Assembly: GCF_049668085.1 (NCBI RefSeq)
Contig: NZ_JBATIY010000079.1
Location: 2,846 to 66,845, forward strand
DNA from: Sulfurovum sp.
GTDB lineage: Bacteria; Campylobacterota; Campylobacteria; Campylobacterales; Sulfurovaceae
Length of the DNA: 64,000 bases
Direction of reading: 5' to 3'
Below the pieces are notes generated by a model that ran no database searches, was not told the DNA's origin, and worked only from the letters and a program-made list of their open reading frames with translations. The translations under genes and the position numbers were made by a program. This document shows positions 19,717 through 29,189 of the stretch, one piece after another; the first letter of the stretch is position 1, and each line of letters starts with the position of its first letter.

Positions 19717-21183
19717 CTATAAAAAGTTTAACATCTCTCCTTTGATGGATTCTTTTTCTACTACTACAGAATGAATAACAGGCTTCTCAAATAAACCATG
19801 TATCATTGCTGGCACAGTGACTCCTGCATGTTCACTTACCCATTTTAATGCTTCTACATCATCTTTTACTTCATGACCTAATGCTTTTGAAACAGCTGGG
19901 CTGAACTTTGTCCATTCAGCAGTTGAGTAGACAACTGTTTTAAGGTTTTTTTCTCTTAAGGTTTTGTAGGCTCTTATACATGTTGCTGTATGTGGGTCCA
20001 TAACGTACCCTTTCTTAGCATAAGAACCAACTACACCTTCACACTCCTCATCATCTGAGAAAGAAGCGTCAAAATCTTTGCGTAACGATGCAAGCTCATC
20101 TGAAGTCAATTGATACTTACCATCAGTAGCTAATGATTCCATAAGTTCTTTTGTACGTGCTGCACCAAATTTGTCAAACATAATACGCTCAACATTTGAA
20201 CTTTTCAAAATATCCATCGCCGGAGATTCTGTTTGTATGAGTTCTCTTGTTGTAAGATCATACGCACCATTTGTGATCCAATCTGTCAAAATATTATTGA
20301 TATTGGATGAAATAAGGATCTTTTCAATCGGAAGACCTGATTTTTTTGCATAATATGCACCCAAAGCATTACCAAAGTTCCCACTTGGAACAACAAGGTA
20401 GATCTTTTCACCCATTTGGATATTCTTATTACGTACCAGCTCCAAGTAAGAGTGAATATGATAAATAATTTGGAAGATGATACGTCCAAAGTTTACAGAG
20501 TTTGCCGCTGAAAGTTTAATATTTCTTTCATCTAACTCTTCCCTAAAATCATCAGATGCCAATAAATCTTTCAGTGTATTTTGTGTATCGTCAAAGTTTC
20601 CTTTGACTCCTATCACTTTAAGATTTGAAGCATCTTCAGTAACCATTTGTAATCTTTGAACATCTGATGTACCGCCATCAGGGTAAAGACAAGCTACCTG
20701 TACACCCTCTTGATCTTTAAATGTTTCCAGTGTAGCAGGACCTGTGTCACCACTTGTCGCTGCCATGATAAGATAATGCTCACCTCTTTTTTGTGCCAAT
20801 TTACTTAATACATAACCAAAAGGTTGCAGTGCCATATCTTTAAAGGCTCTTGTGGGTCCATGATAAAGTTCTGAAACAAAACAGTCATCTTCTATTTGTG
20901 AAAGTGGTACCGGATTGGAAGGATCATCAAAAGCATCATATCTTTTTAAAGCTTCTTCAAGCACTTCTGTTTCAATATCTATACCAAATTGTTCTAAAAA
21001 ATCTAATGCCAAAGTTTTATAATGGCTAGAGAGATGCCCTTCTAAAAAGTTCGTATCCAAACTCGGAAGTTCTTTGGGTACATACAGCCCACCAAAACTA
21101 GCACTTGGGCTGAGTATCGCTTCTGAAAATGGCACAGATGAGGGTTTCTGCCCGTCATTGCCCCGTGTCTCAATAAATTGCAT
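19717..21183 (-). CDS. thrC: threonine synthase (long form)
   Basis: PLP-lysine motif TRAFKDMALQ. 488 aa with a ThrC-type N-terminus MQFIETRG. Confidence 0.93.
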   Translation of the reverse strand: MQFIETRGNDGQKPSSVPFSEAILSPSASFGGLYVPKELPSLDTNFLEGHLSSHYKTLALDFLEQFGIDIETEVLEEALKRYDAFDDPSNPVPLSQIEDDCFVSELYHGPTRAFKDMALQPFGYVLSKLAQKRGEHYLIMAATSGDTGPATLETFKDQEGVQVACLYPDGGTSDVQRLQMVTEDASNLKVIGVKGNFDDTQNTLKDLLASDDFREELDERNIKLSAANSVNFGRIIFQIIYHIHSYLELVRNKNIQMGEKIYLVVPSGNFGNALGAYYAKKSGLPIEKILISSNINNILTDWITNGAYDLTTRELIQTESPAMDILKSSNVERIMFDKFGAARTKELMESLATDGKYQLTSDELASLRKDFDASFSDDEECEGVVGSYAKKGYVMDPHTATCIRAYKTLREKNLKTVVYSTAEWTKFSPAVSKALGHEVKDDVEALKWVSEHAGVTVPAMIHGLFEKPVIHSVVVEKESIKGEMLNFL

Positions 21184-21540
21184 CTATATTATCCTATGTT
21201 TATATGAAGTAAAATTATAGCTAAATAAGCTAAGGGTTGTAAGAATAAAGAAATGAAGTTAAGTGTGAAGTAATTCTAAGTATCTAGTGTCTATTTACCC
21301 TATAAAAATAGGAGAAGATGTTTTTAGGGAAAAGAATGTCAACTAATAAAACTTATAGAAGCAAACAGAACACTAAAATACTCAGGTAATAGAAGAAAGA
21401 AACTTTCTAAAAAGATAGATGAGTTTATATCTCTATTGGTAGTCTGGCGATCTACGTGAGACCCATAACTTTCCGTACCCACCTCGCGATGAACTTGGCT
21501 TTTTCAATACAGTAAAACCGTATGAAAGAATTATAACACC

Positions 21541-21568
21541 AAGATACTTAATCTTTATTAAGTATCTT
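21541..21568. terminator. 12-bp perfect hairpin 6 nt downstream of the propeller-protein stop; T tract is on the + strand side
   Basis: AAGATACTTAAT-cttt-ATTAAGTATCTT followed on + by TGATTTTTATTTTTT. On the minus strand it is followed by GGTGTTATAATTCTTTC. Confidence 0.6.
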
Positions 21569-21574
21569 TGATTT

Positions 21575-22777
21575 TTATTTTTTATCTATCTTCAATATAT
21601 AGATTTTTGTCGATCTGCTGTAACTGTCACTTCCTCCAACAGCTACCATACTTCCATCAGACAAACGTGTAATGGCATTTGTACTGTCTTTACCTCTGCT
21701 ACCATATACATGAGACCAAACAGCTTTTCCAGAGTTATCAAGAGCTATCATATAGGCACTGTGATCACCTTTCCCTAGAGTATTTGTACCCCCAGCGATC
21801 ATAACACCACCATCAGGTGTAGTAGCTACGGCATTACCATATTCATAATATTTAAATCCATAGATCTTATGCCAAAGCATCTGGCCATCTGAGCTTAACT
21901 TCATAATAGACATATCTGAGTTCTCACTATTATATGAATAGGTCGAACCTGTTGCCACGATACCGCCATCTTCTGTAGCCACAACACCATTTAAGCGATC
22001 TGCTTGATCTCCCCCATAGGTTTGAGACCAGATCTTCTTTCCATTTTGGTCCATTTTCAGTACAAAGAAGTCTGTATTTCCAGCACGTCCAGTTTTTTCA
22101 CGATATCCTACTAATACCATATTTCCATCTTTTGTACGCGTCAAGGCTTGTGCACTATCTTCCTTGTTTCCACCAACGATAAACGATGAGATCATTTTTC
22201 CATTTTTATTGAGTTTGGCAATATATATATCTTTATACCCTCTGCCATATGAAGTAGTGTTTCCAACTACAAGTGCACCACCATCATCGGTTTCTGCAAT
22301 ACCCCCAGCAAATTCAATACGGTCACCCCCAAAGCTTTGGTCCCAGATCACATTACCCTCAAGAGAGATTTTTGCTACATAAAGATCTCTGTCATAGTTT
22401 TTTGCATATGACTTAGAACTTCCCAATACCATGAGGTTTCCATCTGCTGTACGGATGATAGCTTTACCATCATCTTCTTTTTCACCACCAAGTAATAAAC
22501 GCCATGACATTTCACCCTTGTCATTCATACGTGAAACACAAATATCTGTACGTTTTGCACCAAATGATTTACATGTACCGACTAAAACGCTGTCACCATT
22601 TTCAAGTGCTACGATACCATGTGCGATATCACCCTCATCTCCACCATACGTTTTTTTCCATACGGCATGATAAACTTCTTCTTTTTGAATCGGTTCTTTC
22701 TTCTTAGATTTTTTTGCCTCTACAACAGAAACGAGTAATACTGTAGCAAGAAACGTAATACATATTTTTTTTAACAT
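21575..22777 (-). CDS. exported seven-bladed beta-propeller repeat protein
   Basis: Signal peptide, then seven repeats of about 48 aa with the pattern W..(Y/F)GG..D.....(V/I)..T.DG.....G.T.S......D.....K(L/I)...G. Confidence 0.6.
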   Translation of the reverse strand: MLKKICITFLATVLLVSVVEAKKSKKKEPIQKEEVYHAVWKKTYGGDEGDIAHGIVALENGDSVLVGTCKSFGAKRTDICVSRMNDKGEMSWRLLLGGEKEDDGKAIIRTADGNLMVLGSSKSYAKNYDRDLYVAKISLEGNVIWDQSFGGDRIEFAGGIAETDDGGALVVGNTTSYGRGYKDIYIAKLNKNGKMISSFIVGGNKEDSAQALTRTKDGNMVLVGYREKTGRAGNTDFFVLKMDQNGKKIWSQTYGGDQADRLNGVVATEDGGIVATGSTYSYNSENSDMSIMKLSSDGQMLWHKIYGFKYYEYGNAVATTPDGGVMIAGGTNTLGKGDHSAYMIALDNSGKAVWSHVYGSRGKDSTNAITRLSDGSMVAVGGSDSYSRSTKIYILKIDKK

Positions 22778-22788
22778 AGTCTATACCT

Positions 22789-23640
22789 TTATAATTCGAT
22801 ACAAGTTCCTACACCTGAACTTGTCAAGATTTCCAGAAGCAATGAATGCTTAACACGTCCATCGATAATGTGTGCTTTTTTTACTCCGCCACGTAATGCC
22901 TCTATACAAGCATCCACTTTAGGTACCATACCTCCCTGTATCGTTCCATCTTCTTTAAGGGCTTCGGTTTTTTCTATACTTAGAGTTGTAATGAGTTTCA
23001 TATCTTTATCTAACACACCCGGTGTGTCTGTCAGAAAAAGTACCTTTCTTGCTTCCAAGGCTACAGCGATTCTACTTGCTGCAAGATCCGCATTGATATT
23101 AAACCCTGGGTGTCCCATCGTACTGCTTCCTGCGATTGGAGCAATGACAGGTATTGCGCCATCATCAATGATATTGTTGACTATTTCAGGATTGACATGT
23201 TCGATAAGACCCGTATAACCAAAATTTTCAAAATCTTTAGGGATCCCCTTTAAAAAACCGCCATCTTTTCCGGAAATTCCAATGGCTTTAGATCCGTGAT
23301 TATCTAGTAAAGAAACGATCTCTTTGTTGATCTCTCCACTCAATACCATTTCTACGATACGCATCACTTCTTTTGTCGTGACACGTTGTCCGTCCACAAA
23401 TTTCGTTTCTACTCCCAGGTCAGCAAGCATATCTGTAATGCTTTTACCTCCACCATGTACAATGATGGGTTTCATTCCTACAAGATGCAGTAAAACAATA
23501 TCCTGTGCAAACTGTTCCTTGAGTTCATCACTTGTTTGTGCAGAACCACCATACTTGATCACTATTTTTTCATTAGCAAATTTTTTGATAAACGGTAAAG
23601 CCTCAAGCAGTGTCTTTACAACATCGATCTTATTGTTCAT
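22789..23640 (-). CDS. argB: acetylglutamate kinase
   Basis: VIKYGGSA and IVHGGG motifs of the amino-acid kinase fold. Confidence 0.95.
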   Translation of the reverse strand: MNNKIDVVKTLLEALPFIKKFANEKIVIKYGGSAQTSDELKEQFAQDIVLLHLVGMKPIIVHGGGKSITDMLADLGVETKFVDGQRVTTKEVMRIVEMVLSGEINKEIVSLLDNHGSKAIGISGKDGGFLKGIPKDFENFGYTGLIEHVNPEIVNNIIDDGAIPVIAPIAGSSTMGHPGFNINADLAASRIAVALEARKVLFLTDTPGVLDKDMKLITTLSIEKTEALKEDGTIQGGMVPKVDACIEALRGGVKKAHIIDGRVKHSLLLEILTSSGVGTCIEL

Positions 23641-24554
23641 TTTGGATATCCCTTTATATATTCATCTACTTGCGTAAAGATGGTCTCTTTAATCTCTAAT
23701 TTTAACTTCATTTGAGAGATAGGCAACTTAAAGCCTTGCATTTTTACAATATCTTTTTGTGTCACAAGAAGACTCTCAGCTGCATACTCCAATAGAAGTT
23801 TTTTCAATTTCTCTTCTTCAAAATAGGCATGGTCCTCCAAATAGACTTTTTGTACAATACCTTCCGGGAGATAAGTGTCAAGCCTACTTGGATTTGAAAT
23901 AGCCGTTACAAGCAGCATCTTTGATCTAAGATTTTCAAAATCGACTTGTCTTGTGAAAGATTCTCCCTCTTTAGCTACAATATCTGCATACTTTTTATTA
24001 AACCAAAATTCTCTGAATGCACCTGCAGGGAAAGGCAAATAATTGGAAATACGTTCTGGCTCAAGTAATATTTCAAATTTAGCTATTTCAACACGGTTAA
24101 ACCCATCATCCAAGATGATACATTTGGCACCTTTCTCTTTGGCTAACGCTATGGCAATTTCTCGATCTTCACTGACTATGACACTTGCTTTAGGTAACGA
24201 CACTGCCATCAGCATAGGCTCATCTCCACTCTGTGTAACATCTGTAAGTATCTCTCCCCTAGAACTTACCTGAATCAAACCTTTACTTTTTCGTCCATAC
24301 CCGCGTGAGATGATGACGACGTCTTCAAGTTTGGAAGCAAGTGCTATAACAAAAGGTGTCTTACCGCTTCCCCCCACTATAAGATTTCCTACAGAAATGA
24401 TAGGAATGCTAAAGTCTTTTTTTGAAGTGACCATTCTTCGTACTGTCATCATGATACCATAGAGTAGAGAGAGTGGAAAGAGCAGTAGTATCACTGGATA
24501 ATGATACCATTGTGGTGCAAAAAACATCTGTTCAAAAAAGACCCTCATGAACAC
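23637..24554 (-). CDS. lpxK: tetraacyldisaccharide 4'-kinase
   Basis: N-terminal TM helix and P-loop VGNLIVGGSGKTP. 4-nt overlap with argB. Confidence 0.9.
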   Translation of the reverse strand: MFMRVFFEQMFFAPQWYHYPVILLLFPLSLLYGIMMTVRRMVTSKKDFSIPIISVGNLIVGGSGKTPFVIALASKLEDVVIISRGYGRKSKGLIQVSSRGEILTDVTQSGDEPMLMAVSLPKASVIVSEDREIAIALAKEKGAKCIILDDGFNRVEIAKFEILLEPERISNYLPFPAGAFREFWFNKKYADIVAKEGESFTRQVDFENLRSKMLLVTAISNPSRLDTYLPEGIVQKVYLEDHAYFEEEKLKKLLLEYAAESLLVTQKDIVKMQGFKLPISQMKLKLEIKETIFTQVDEYIKGYPK

Positions 24555-25372
24555 TCCTTAGCACCTAATTTTTTTATCTCAGAACATGAAAATCCTGCTT
24601 CTTTTCTTGCTTCAACATTTACATGCGGACGGTGTTTTGAGAGTAAATGATACCGTTCAAGTATTTCAAAATAAACCTCTTCTTCTGTACCCTCTGCTTT
24701 TCCTTCTTTTTTACAAAGATACTTAAACCATTTATCACCCTTGAGTACATGGTCTATCTCTTCATCATAAATGATATGTAAAGCATCTATTAGTTTTTTG
24801 ACCTGAGGATTTTTACGTTTGTTATCCAATTTTTTAATGATCTGAGGACTGACATCAAGACCTGATGCCTCATAGTAGCGCGGGATGATCGCCATACGAT
24901 CCAAGATCTTATGTGCCGTATGCTCTGCCGCGTCAAAAAGTCCACAATGTACAGGAAAATCTCCATACACATATCCAAGTTCTGTCAATATACTTTGGAG
25001 CATTTTAAAGTGACGTATCTCATCACCTGCTACTTCAAGCCAATCTACTTTATACGCACCAGACATGTCCGGGTAACGATACACCGCATCAAGTGCCAGA
25101 TCTATAGCGGAATACTCTATATGGGCAATGGCATGTACCAATGTAGCCAATCCCTCTTTACTCTCAAAGTCTTTTCTAGCGGGTAACTCTCTGGGATCTA
25201 CAATGTGACATTTAGAAGCATATGATGGTTTTGCAAATAACAGAGGAGTAAAATCATCATCACACCTTATTTCATTTTGGATACAATACTCCAAACACTG
25301 AGCGGTCAAATCCTCTTTAATAAGAATATCATCACTGATAATGGCTTGCTCTAAGACTTCATATATATTCAT
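24545..25372 (-). CDS. DUF455-like ferritin-fold protein
   Basis: Paired metal-ligand-like motifs HIEYSAIDLALD and EEIDH. Overlaps the lpxK start by 10 nt. Confidence 0.6.
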   Translation of the reverse strand: MNIYEVLEQAIISDDILIKEDLTAQCLEYCIQNEIRCDDDFTPLLFAKPSYASKCHIVDPRELPARKDFESKEGLATLVHAIAHIEYSAIDLALDAVYRYPDMSGAYKVDWLEVAGDEIRHFKMLQSILTELGYVYGDFPVHCGLFDAAEHTAHKILDRMAIIPRYYEASGLDVSPQIIKKLDNKRKNPQVKKLIDALHIIYDEEIDHVLKGDKWFKYLCKKEGKAEGTEEEVYFEILERYHLLSKHRPHVNVEARKEAGFSCSEIKKLGAKECS

Positions 25373-25388
25373 AGGAGAATTATATCAC

Positions 25389-25994
25389 ATGCAAATCAAA
25401 ATCCAACCTATGGGCCCTTACCAAACCAACTGTTATATTGCCACTGTTGACAGCAAAGATTTCATCATAGATCCTGGCATGGGTGCAACACAATGGGTGC
25501 TTGACAATGTCACGAATCCTGTTGCCATACTGAACACACATGGACACTTTGACCATGTATGGTCCAATGCAGAACTACAAGAGAAATTGAAGCTCCCGAT
25601 CTATTGCCCTAAAGGAGATGTCTTTATGCTCACAGATGATCCACTGCAACAAGGTACACCTCCAAGTGAACCTGATCATATCATCGTGGGTGATGAGGAA
25701 CTCGATATTGAAGGTGTAAAGATAAAATTTCGTCACTTTCCAGGACATACTCCCGGATGCAGCATCATAGAGATAAAAGATGTATGGTTCAGTGGAGACT
25801 TTCTTTTTGAACAGAGTATAGGAAGATGGGATTTCCCTTCCTCAAGTGGAGAAGATATGGTAAAGAGTTTGGAAAAAGCACTTACTTTAGAAGGTGACTA
25901 CACGATCTATCCAGGTCATGGAATGAGTACTACCCTAAAAGCAGAACAAAGGGTCATCCCTTTTTGGATAGACCAAGTAAAGAGAACTATTTAA
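25389..25994 (+). CDS. MBL-fold metallo-hydrolase (glyoxalase II-like)
   Basis: NTHGHFDH motif. Start ATG 25389 (MQIKIQP); the longer track ORF overlaps the divergent gene. Confidence 0.85.
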   Translation: MQIKIQPMGPYQTNCYIATVDSKDFIIDPGMGATQWVLDNVTNPVAILNTHGHFDHVWSNAELQEKLKLPIYCPKGDVFMLTDDPLQQGTPPSEPDHIIVGDEELDIEGVKIKFRHFPGHTPGCSIIEIKDVWFSGDFLFEQSIGRWDFPSSSGEDMVKSLEKALTLEGDYTIYPGHGMSTTLKAEQRVIPFWIDQVKRTI

Positions 25995-26008
25995 TCATAG
26001 TCTCTATA

Positions 26009-26191
26009 CTATTTGTTTCCACCACATTTTCCTGGAGCACATTTTCCTGCTTCACACTTCATAAAAGGTTCTAGATCACTTTGTTTTGTAGGTTCATATG
26101 TTTCAAATGCCCCTTCACTGTAGAGAATATAAGCCAAAATAGCAGTAAGTATTGCCAGAGCTAAAAAAACATAGAGTAAAAATTTTTTCAT
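26009..26191 (-). CDS. small membrane-anchored/secreted protein with C-terminal (A/P)GKC repeats
   Basis: 60 aa: hydrophobic N-terminus MKKFLLYVFLALAILTAILAYIL and C-terminus MKCEAGKCAPGKCGGNK. Confidence 0.5.
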   Translation of the reverse strand: MKKFLLYVFLALAILTAILAYILYSEGAFETYEPTKQSDLEPFMKCEAGKCAPGKCGGNK

Positions 26192-26243
26192 TGTCGTTTA
26201 CCTTGTATCGTATTTAAAAAATGAAGTATAGCATAAGCTTCTA

Positions 26244-26627
26244 TTAGCCTAAGACATGAGACGGTAATACAAACGTTGTAAAATTGCCTTCAAACACTAA
26301 CTTTTCATTCACAAAAGCTTCTACCTCTACCTCAGCTTTTTTACCTTTTATATTCACAATCGAAGCTTTACAGATAACTGCATCACCTACCTTCACGGGG
26401 GCTATAAATTTCGAATTTGATGCACCGAGAACTACATAAGGGTCATTCACTGCACTCATTGCGGCATAATCTGCTGCGCCAAATATAAAACCACCGTGTA
26501 CTAGACCCTGTGTATCAGCAGACATTTGCTGTGTGGTATGAAGAAGAACCTCTGCAGAGTTTTCTTGAAGCTTTATCACTTTTCCACAAAGTGAGGTATT
26601 GATATTTAGATGGGTGTTGAGTTGCAT
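26244..26627 (-). CDS. PaaI-family hotdog-fold thioesterase
   Basis: GLVHGGFIFGAADYA motif, 127 aa. Confidence 0.8.
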   Translation of the reverse strand: MQLNTHLNINTSLCGKVIKLQENSAEVLLHTTQQMSADTQGLVHGGFIFGAADYAAMSAVNDPYVVLGASNSKFIAPVKVGDAVICKASIVNIKGKKAEVEVEAFVNEKLVFEGNFTTFVLPSHVLG

Positions 26628-26908
26628 AACTAATCCTAAATAATTTTTAAAATTATAGCTAAAAATAATCTATTAATCACACGAAGTGTACTTTGTCATT
26701 TCGAACGACCTTGCAAGCGAAGCGATTCGAGAGGAATGACGATTTTTGCTTACTTTTTCTAAAAAAGAAAGAGAGAAACAATACCGCAGTTAAAATAAGA
26801 GGAAATATTTACAAATTATGAAAATTTGAAAAAATGAATTCTCGCCAAAGGCGTAGCTTTAGTGAGATGAATGGAGAAGGAGCTTTGCTCTTTCTCCAGA
26901 AGAACTAA

Positions 26909-27568
26909 TTAATAAGAAAATTTATACCCGCGTCTGCGTACAGTATGAATTACTTGAAACCCCAGTATACTCTTCAAACGTTTACGAATCTGATTGATCG
27001 CCACTTCAACAGTGTTATCACTTACATACTCAGGTTCTTCCCAAAGTGCATTGATGATCTCATCTTTTGAAAAGACACGTTGCTTACGAAGTGCAAGGTA
27101 TGCCAAAATATCAAATGTCTTACCATTAAGAGAAACGATCTTCTCATCATACTCTATCTTTTTATTTGCAATATCAATAACAAGCTTATCAATGTTTACT
27201 TGTGTACCAAAAAGGTGTCTCATATTTGCCAAAACTCGTGCAGCGATAAGATCTGGATACTCACAATGCTGATAGATCACATCATCTACACCCAAATTGA
27301 AAAAACCAGCTTGAGCCTGCACATTACTTGTGAGTATCATGATCTTCGTTTCACTCTTTTTCTTTTTCACTTCATTGACGTAACGCTCAAGTGAAAACTT
27401 TACACCCTCATCAACGATCACTACAAGTTCATAGTGTCTAAAATCTGTAAAATTGGTCGCATCATACATATCTTTTGCATTGTCAACAATACAAATAAAG
27501 TATTTATCTAATTCTTTTTCAAGTTCTTTGACGTATTCGTCATTGAAACCTACGGTTAATATTCTCAT
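26909..27568 (-). CDS. orphan OmpR-family response regulator, HsrA(HP1043)/CosR-like
   Basis: C-terminal wHTH LWEEPEYVSDNTVEVAINQIRKRL...TVRRRGYKFSY closely resembles the recalled HsrA/CosR C-termini. The receiver domain is degenerate (VGFNDE instead of the acidic pocket, no KP motif). No histidine kinase gene is adjacent. Confidence 0.85.
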   Translation of the reverse strand: MRILTVGFNDEYVKELEKELDKYFICIVDNAKDMYDATNFTDFRHYELVVIVDEGVKFSLERYVNEVKKKKSETKIMILTSNVQAQAGFFNLGVDDVIYQHCEYPDLIAARVLANMRHLFGTQVNIDKLVIDIANKKIEYDEKIVSLNGKTFDILAYLALRKQRVFSKDEIINALWEEPEYVSDNTVEVAINQIRKRLKSILGFQVIHTVRRRGYKFSY

Positions 27569-27588
27569 TTATTTCCATTCAATGAGAA

Positions 27589-27616
27589 AGTGGACAAAAC
27601 TTAAATTTTGTCCACT
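27589..27616. other. 11-bp perfect hairpin between the cmoB stop and the regulator start (terminator or 5'-leader structure)
   Basis: AGTGGACAAAA-cttaaa-TTTTGTCCACT. Ends about 20 nt upstream of the regulator ATG on the minus strand. Confidence 0.5.
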
Positions 27617-27701
27617 TTTCTCTTTTATTAGCGTATTTATAGCTAAATCAACCTTATTTAAAAATAAAAGTAAGTTTAAATATTGAGGTTTTTATGCGAG
27701 T

Positions 27702-28607
27702 TTAACGTGATTTGATTGCTTTTATATAGACTCTTTTAGGTGCAGGATACCCTTCAACTGTCTTGGTATCATCATTGGGATCAAGAAAATCCTCAAGACT
27801 TTGTGTATCTATCCACTCTGTCTTTCGTTGTTCATTAGATTCTGTTTTCATGGTTTCCAATACTTCAACTGTTTCAAACCCTGCCCTATAACACCAGTTC
27901 TTTAAAGCACTGACAGTAGGTACAAAATAGATATTTGGTATTTTCGAATAACGGTCTCTAGGAGTCAAGCACATCTCACCTTCACCATCTATCATAAATG
28001 TATCCAAAATGAGCTCACCGTCTTTATTAAGTCCTTTAAAGAGTGATTTTAGCATCGCAACCGGATCAGATCTATGATAGAGTACACCTAAACAAAAAAG
28101 TGTATCAAACTTATGTTCATAAAACTCTACATGTTCTACACCCAAAAGTTCATACACAATGTCAGACTTTATAAAATGATTGAGAAATTGAAACTGTGAG
28201 TAATAAATAGCAGAGGGGTCAAACCCTATAAGTTTTTTAGGCTCTTGTGATAACATTCTAAACAAATAATAACCATTATTACATCCTATGTCTCCAACAA
28301 TCTTGTCCTTAAGGTCGAAGTGTGGTTCAAGGAGATTGTATTTGATCTGGCTTTGCCATTCAGAATCTATAAACAGGTTATTGAGTTGGAATGGCCCTTT
28401 TCGCCAAGGCTTCATCAGAAGTGCCGTCTCTTCTATCTGCTGAGCATCCTCGTTAGATAAGTTTGGAATTTGAACCTCAACTCTATCCCCAAGTTTCACT
28501 TCAACATCTTCATATGTTTTAAGCGTTTTAATGGCTTCTTGATAGGGAATTATATTTTTCCACGTAAGCCACTTCTTACGCTCATCTCGTAAAGTGTTTA
28601 AATCCAT
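27702..28607 (-). CDS. cmoB: tRNA U34 carboxymethyltransferase CmoB
   Basis: KPWRKGPF and IDSEWQSQIKY motifs plus SAM-MTase DIGCNNGYY. Confidence 0.88.
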   Translation of the reverse strand: MDLNTLRDERKKWLTWKNIIPYQEAIKTLKTYEDVEVKLGDRVEVQIPNLSNEDAQQIEETALLMKPWRKGPFQLNNLFIDSEWQSQIKYNLLEPHFDLKDKIVGDIGCNNGYYLFRMLSQEPKKLIGFDPSAIYYSQFQFLNHFIKSDIVYELLGVEHVEFYEHKFDTLFCLGVLYHRSDPVAMLKSLFKGLNKDGELILDTFMIDGEGEMCLTPRDRYSKIPNIYFVPTVSALKNWCYRAGFETVEVLETMKTESNEQRKTEWIDTQSLEDFLDPNDDTKTVEGYPAPKRVYIKAIKSR

Positions 28608-29141
28608 CTATTTTTTAATATAGGCTTTTTTAATGACTTGATCAAATATTGGCTTATTATTCCCTCTAGTGACTGATACATTCTCTATCTTGCGTACCGC
28701 TTCCTGTCCTTTGACCACTTCACCAAAAATCGTATGTTTACCATTTAGCCAAGCTGTCGGTGCAAGTGTAATAAAAAATTGACTTCCGTTTGTTACTGGT
28801 CCACGGTTAGCCATAGCGAGTAAAAATGGTTTATCAAAAACAACATTAGGTGCAAATTCATCTTTAAAATCTTTTTTCCAAATTGACTCACCGCCTCTAC
28901 CTGTACCTGTAGGATCTCCACCTTGGATCATAAACCCTTTGATCACTCTATGAAAAATAAGTCCATTGTAGTAACCGTTTTTTACATGTGTTGTAAAGTT
29001 TTCTACTGCAAGTGGTGCCACTTCAGGATACATCTTCAATTCAATTTTCCCTACATTTGTTTCTAATACCACTACAGTATCTTTTGCATATGCTTGAAAA
29101 CCCAATCCTATAAATAGTATCGCTACTAAAATTTTCTTCAT
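28608..29141 (-). CDS. periplasmic cyclophilin-type peptidyl-prolyl isomerase
   Basis: Signal peptide. FHRVIKGFMIQGGDP and SQFFIT motifs. Confidence 0.92.
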   Translation of the reverse strand: MKKILVAILFIGLGFQAYAKDTVVVLETNVGKIELKMYPEVAPLAVENFTTHVKNGYYNGLIFHRVIKGFMIQGGDPTGTGRGGESIWKKDFKDEFAPNVVFDKPFLLAMANRGPVTNGSQFFITLAPTAWLNGKHTIFGEVVKGQEAVRKIENVSVTRGNNKPIFDQVIKKAYIKK

Positions 29142-29189
29142 TCATATATCCTTTAACTAATTTCTTAATATTATAACCATTTTAAAATT

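Noticed and set aside
21438-21505. Possible SRP (4.5S) or 6S RNA in the GC-rich island
   Set aside because: I could not find the SRP domain IV consensus (GGAA tetraloop with flanking AGCAGCC-type strand) or a convincing long 6S-like helix on either strand. It is kept only as an unclassified candidate.
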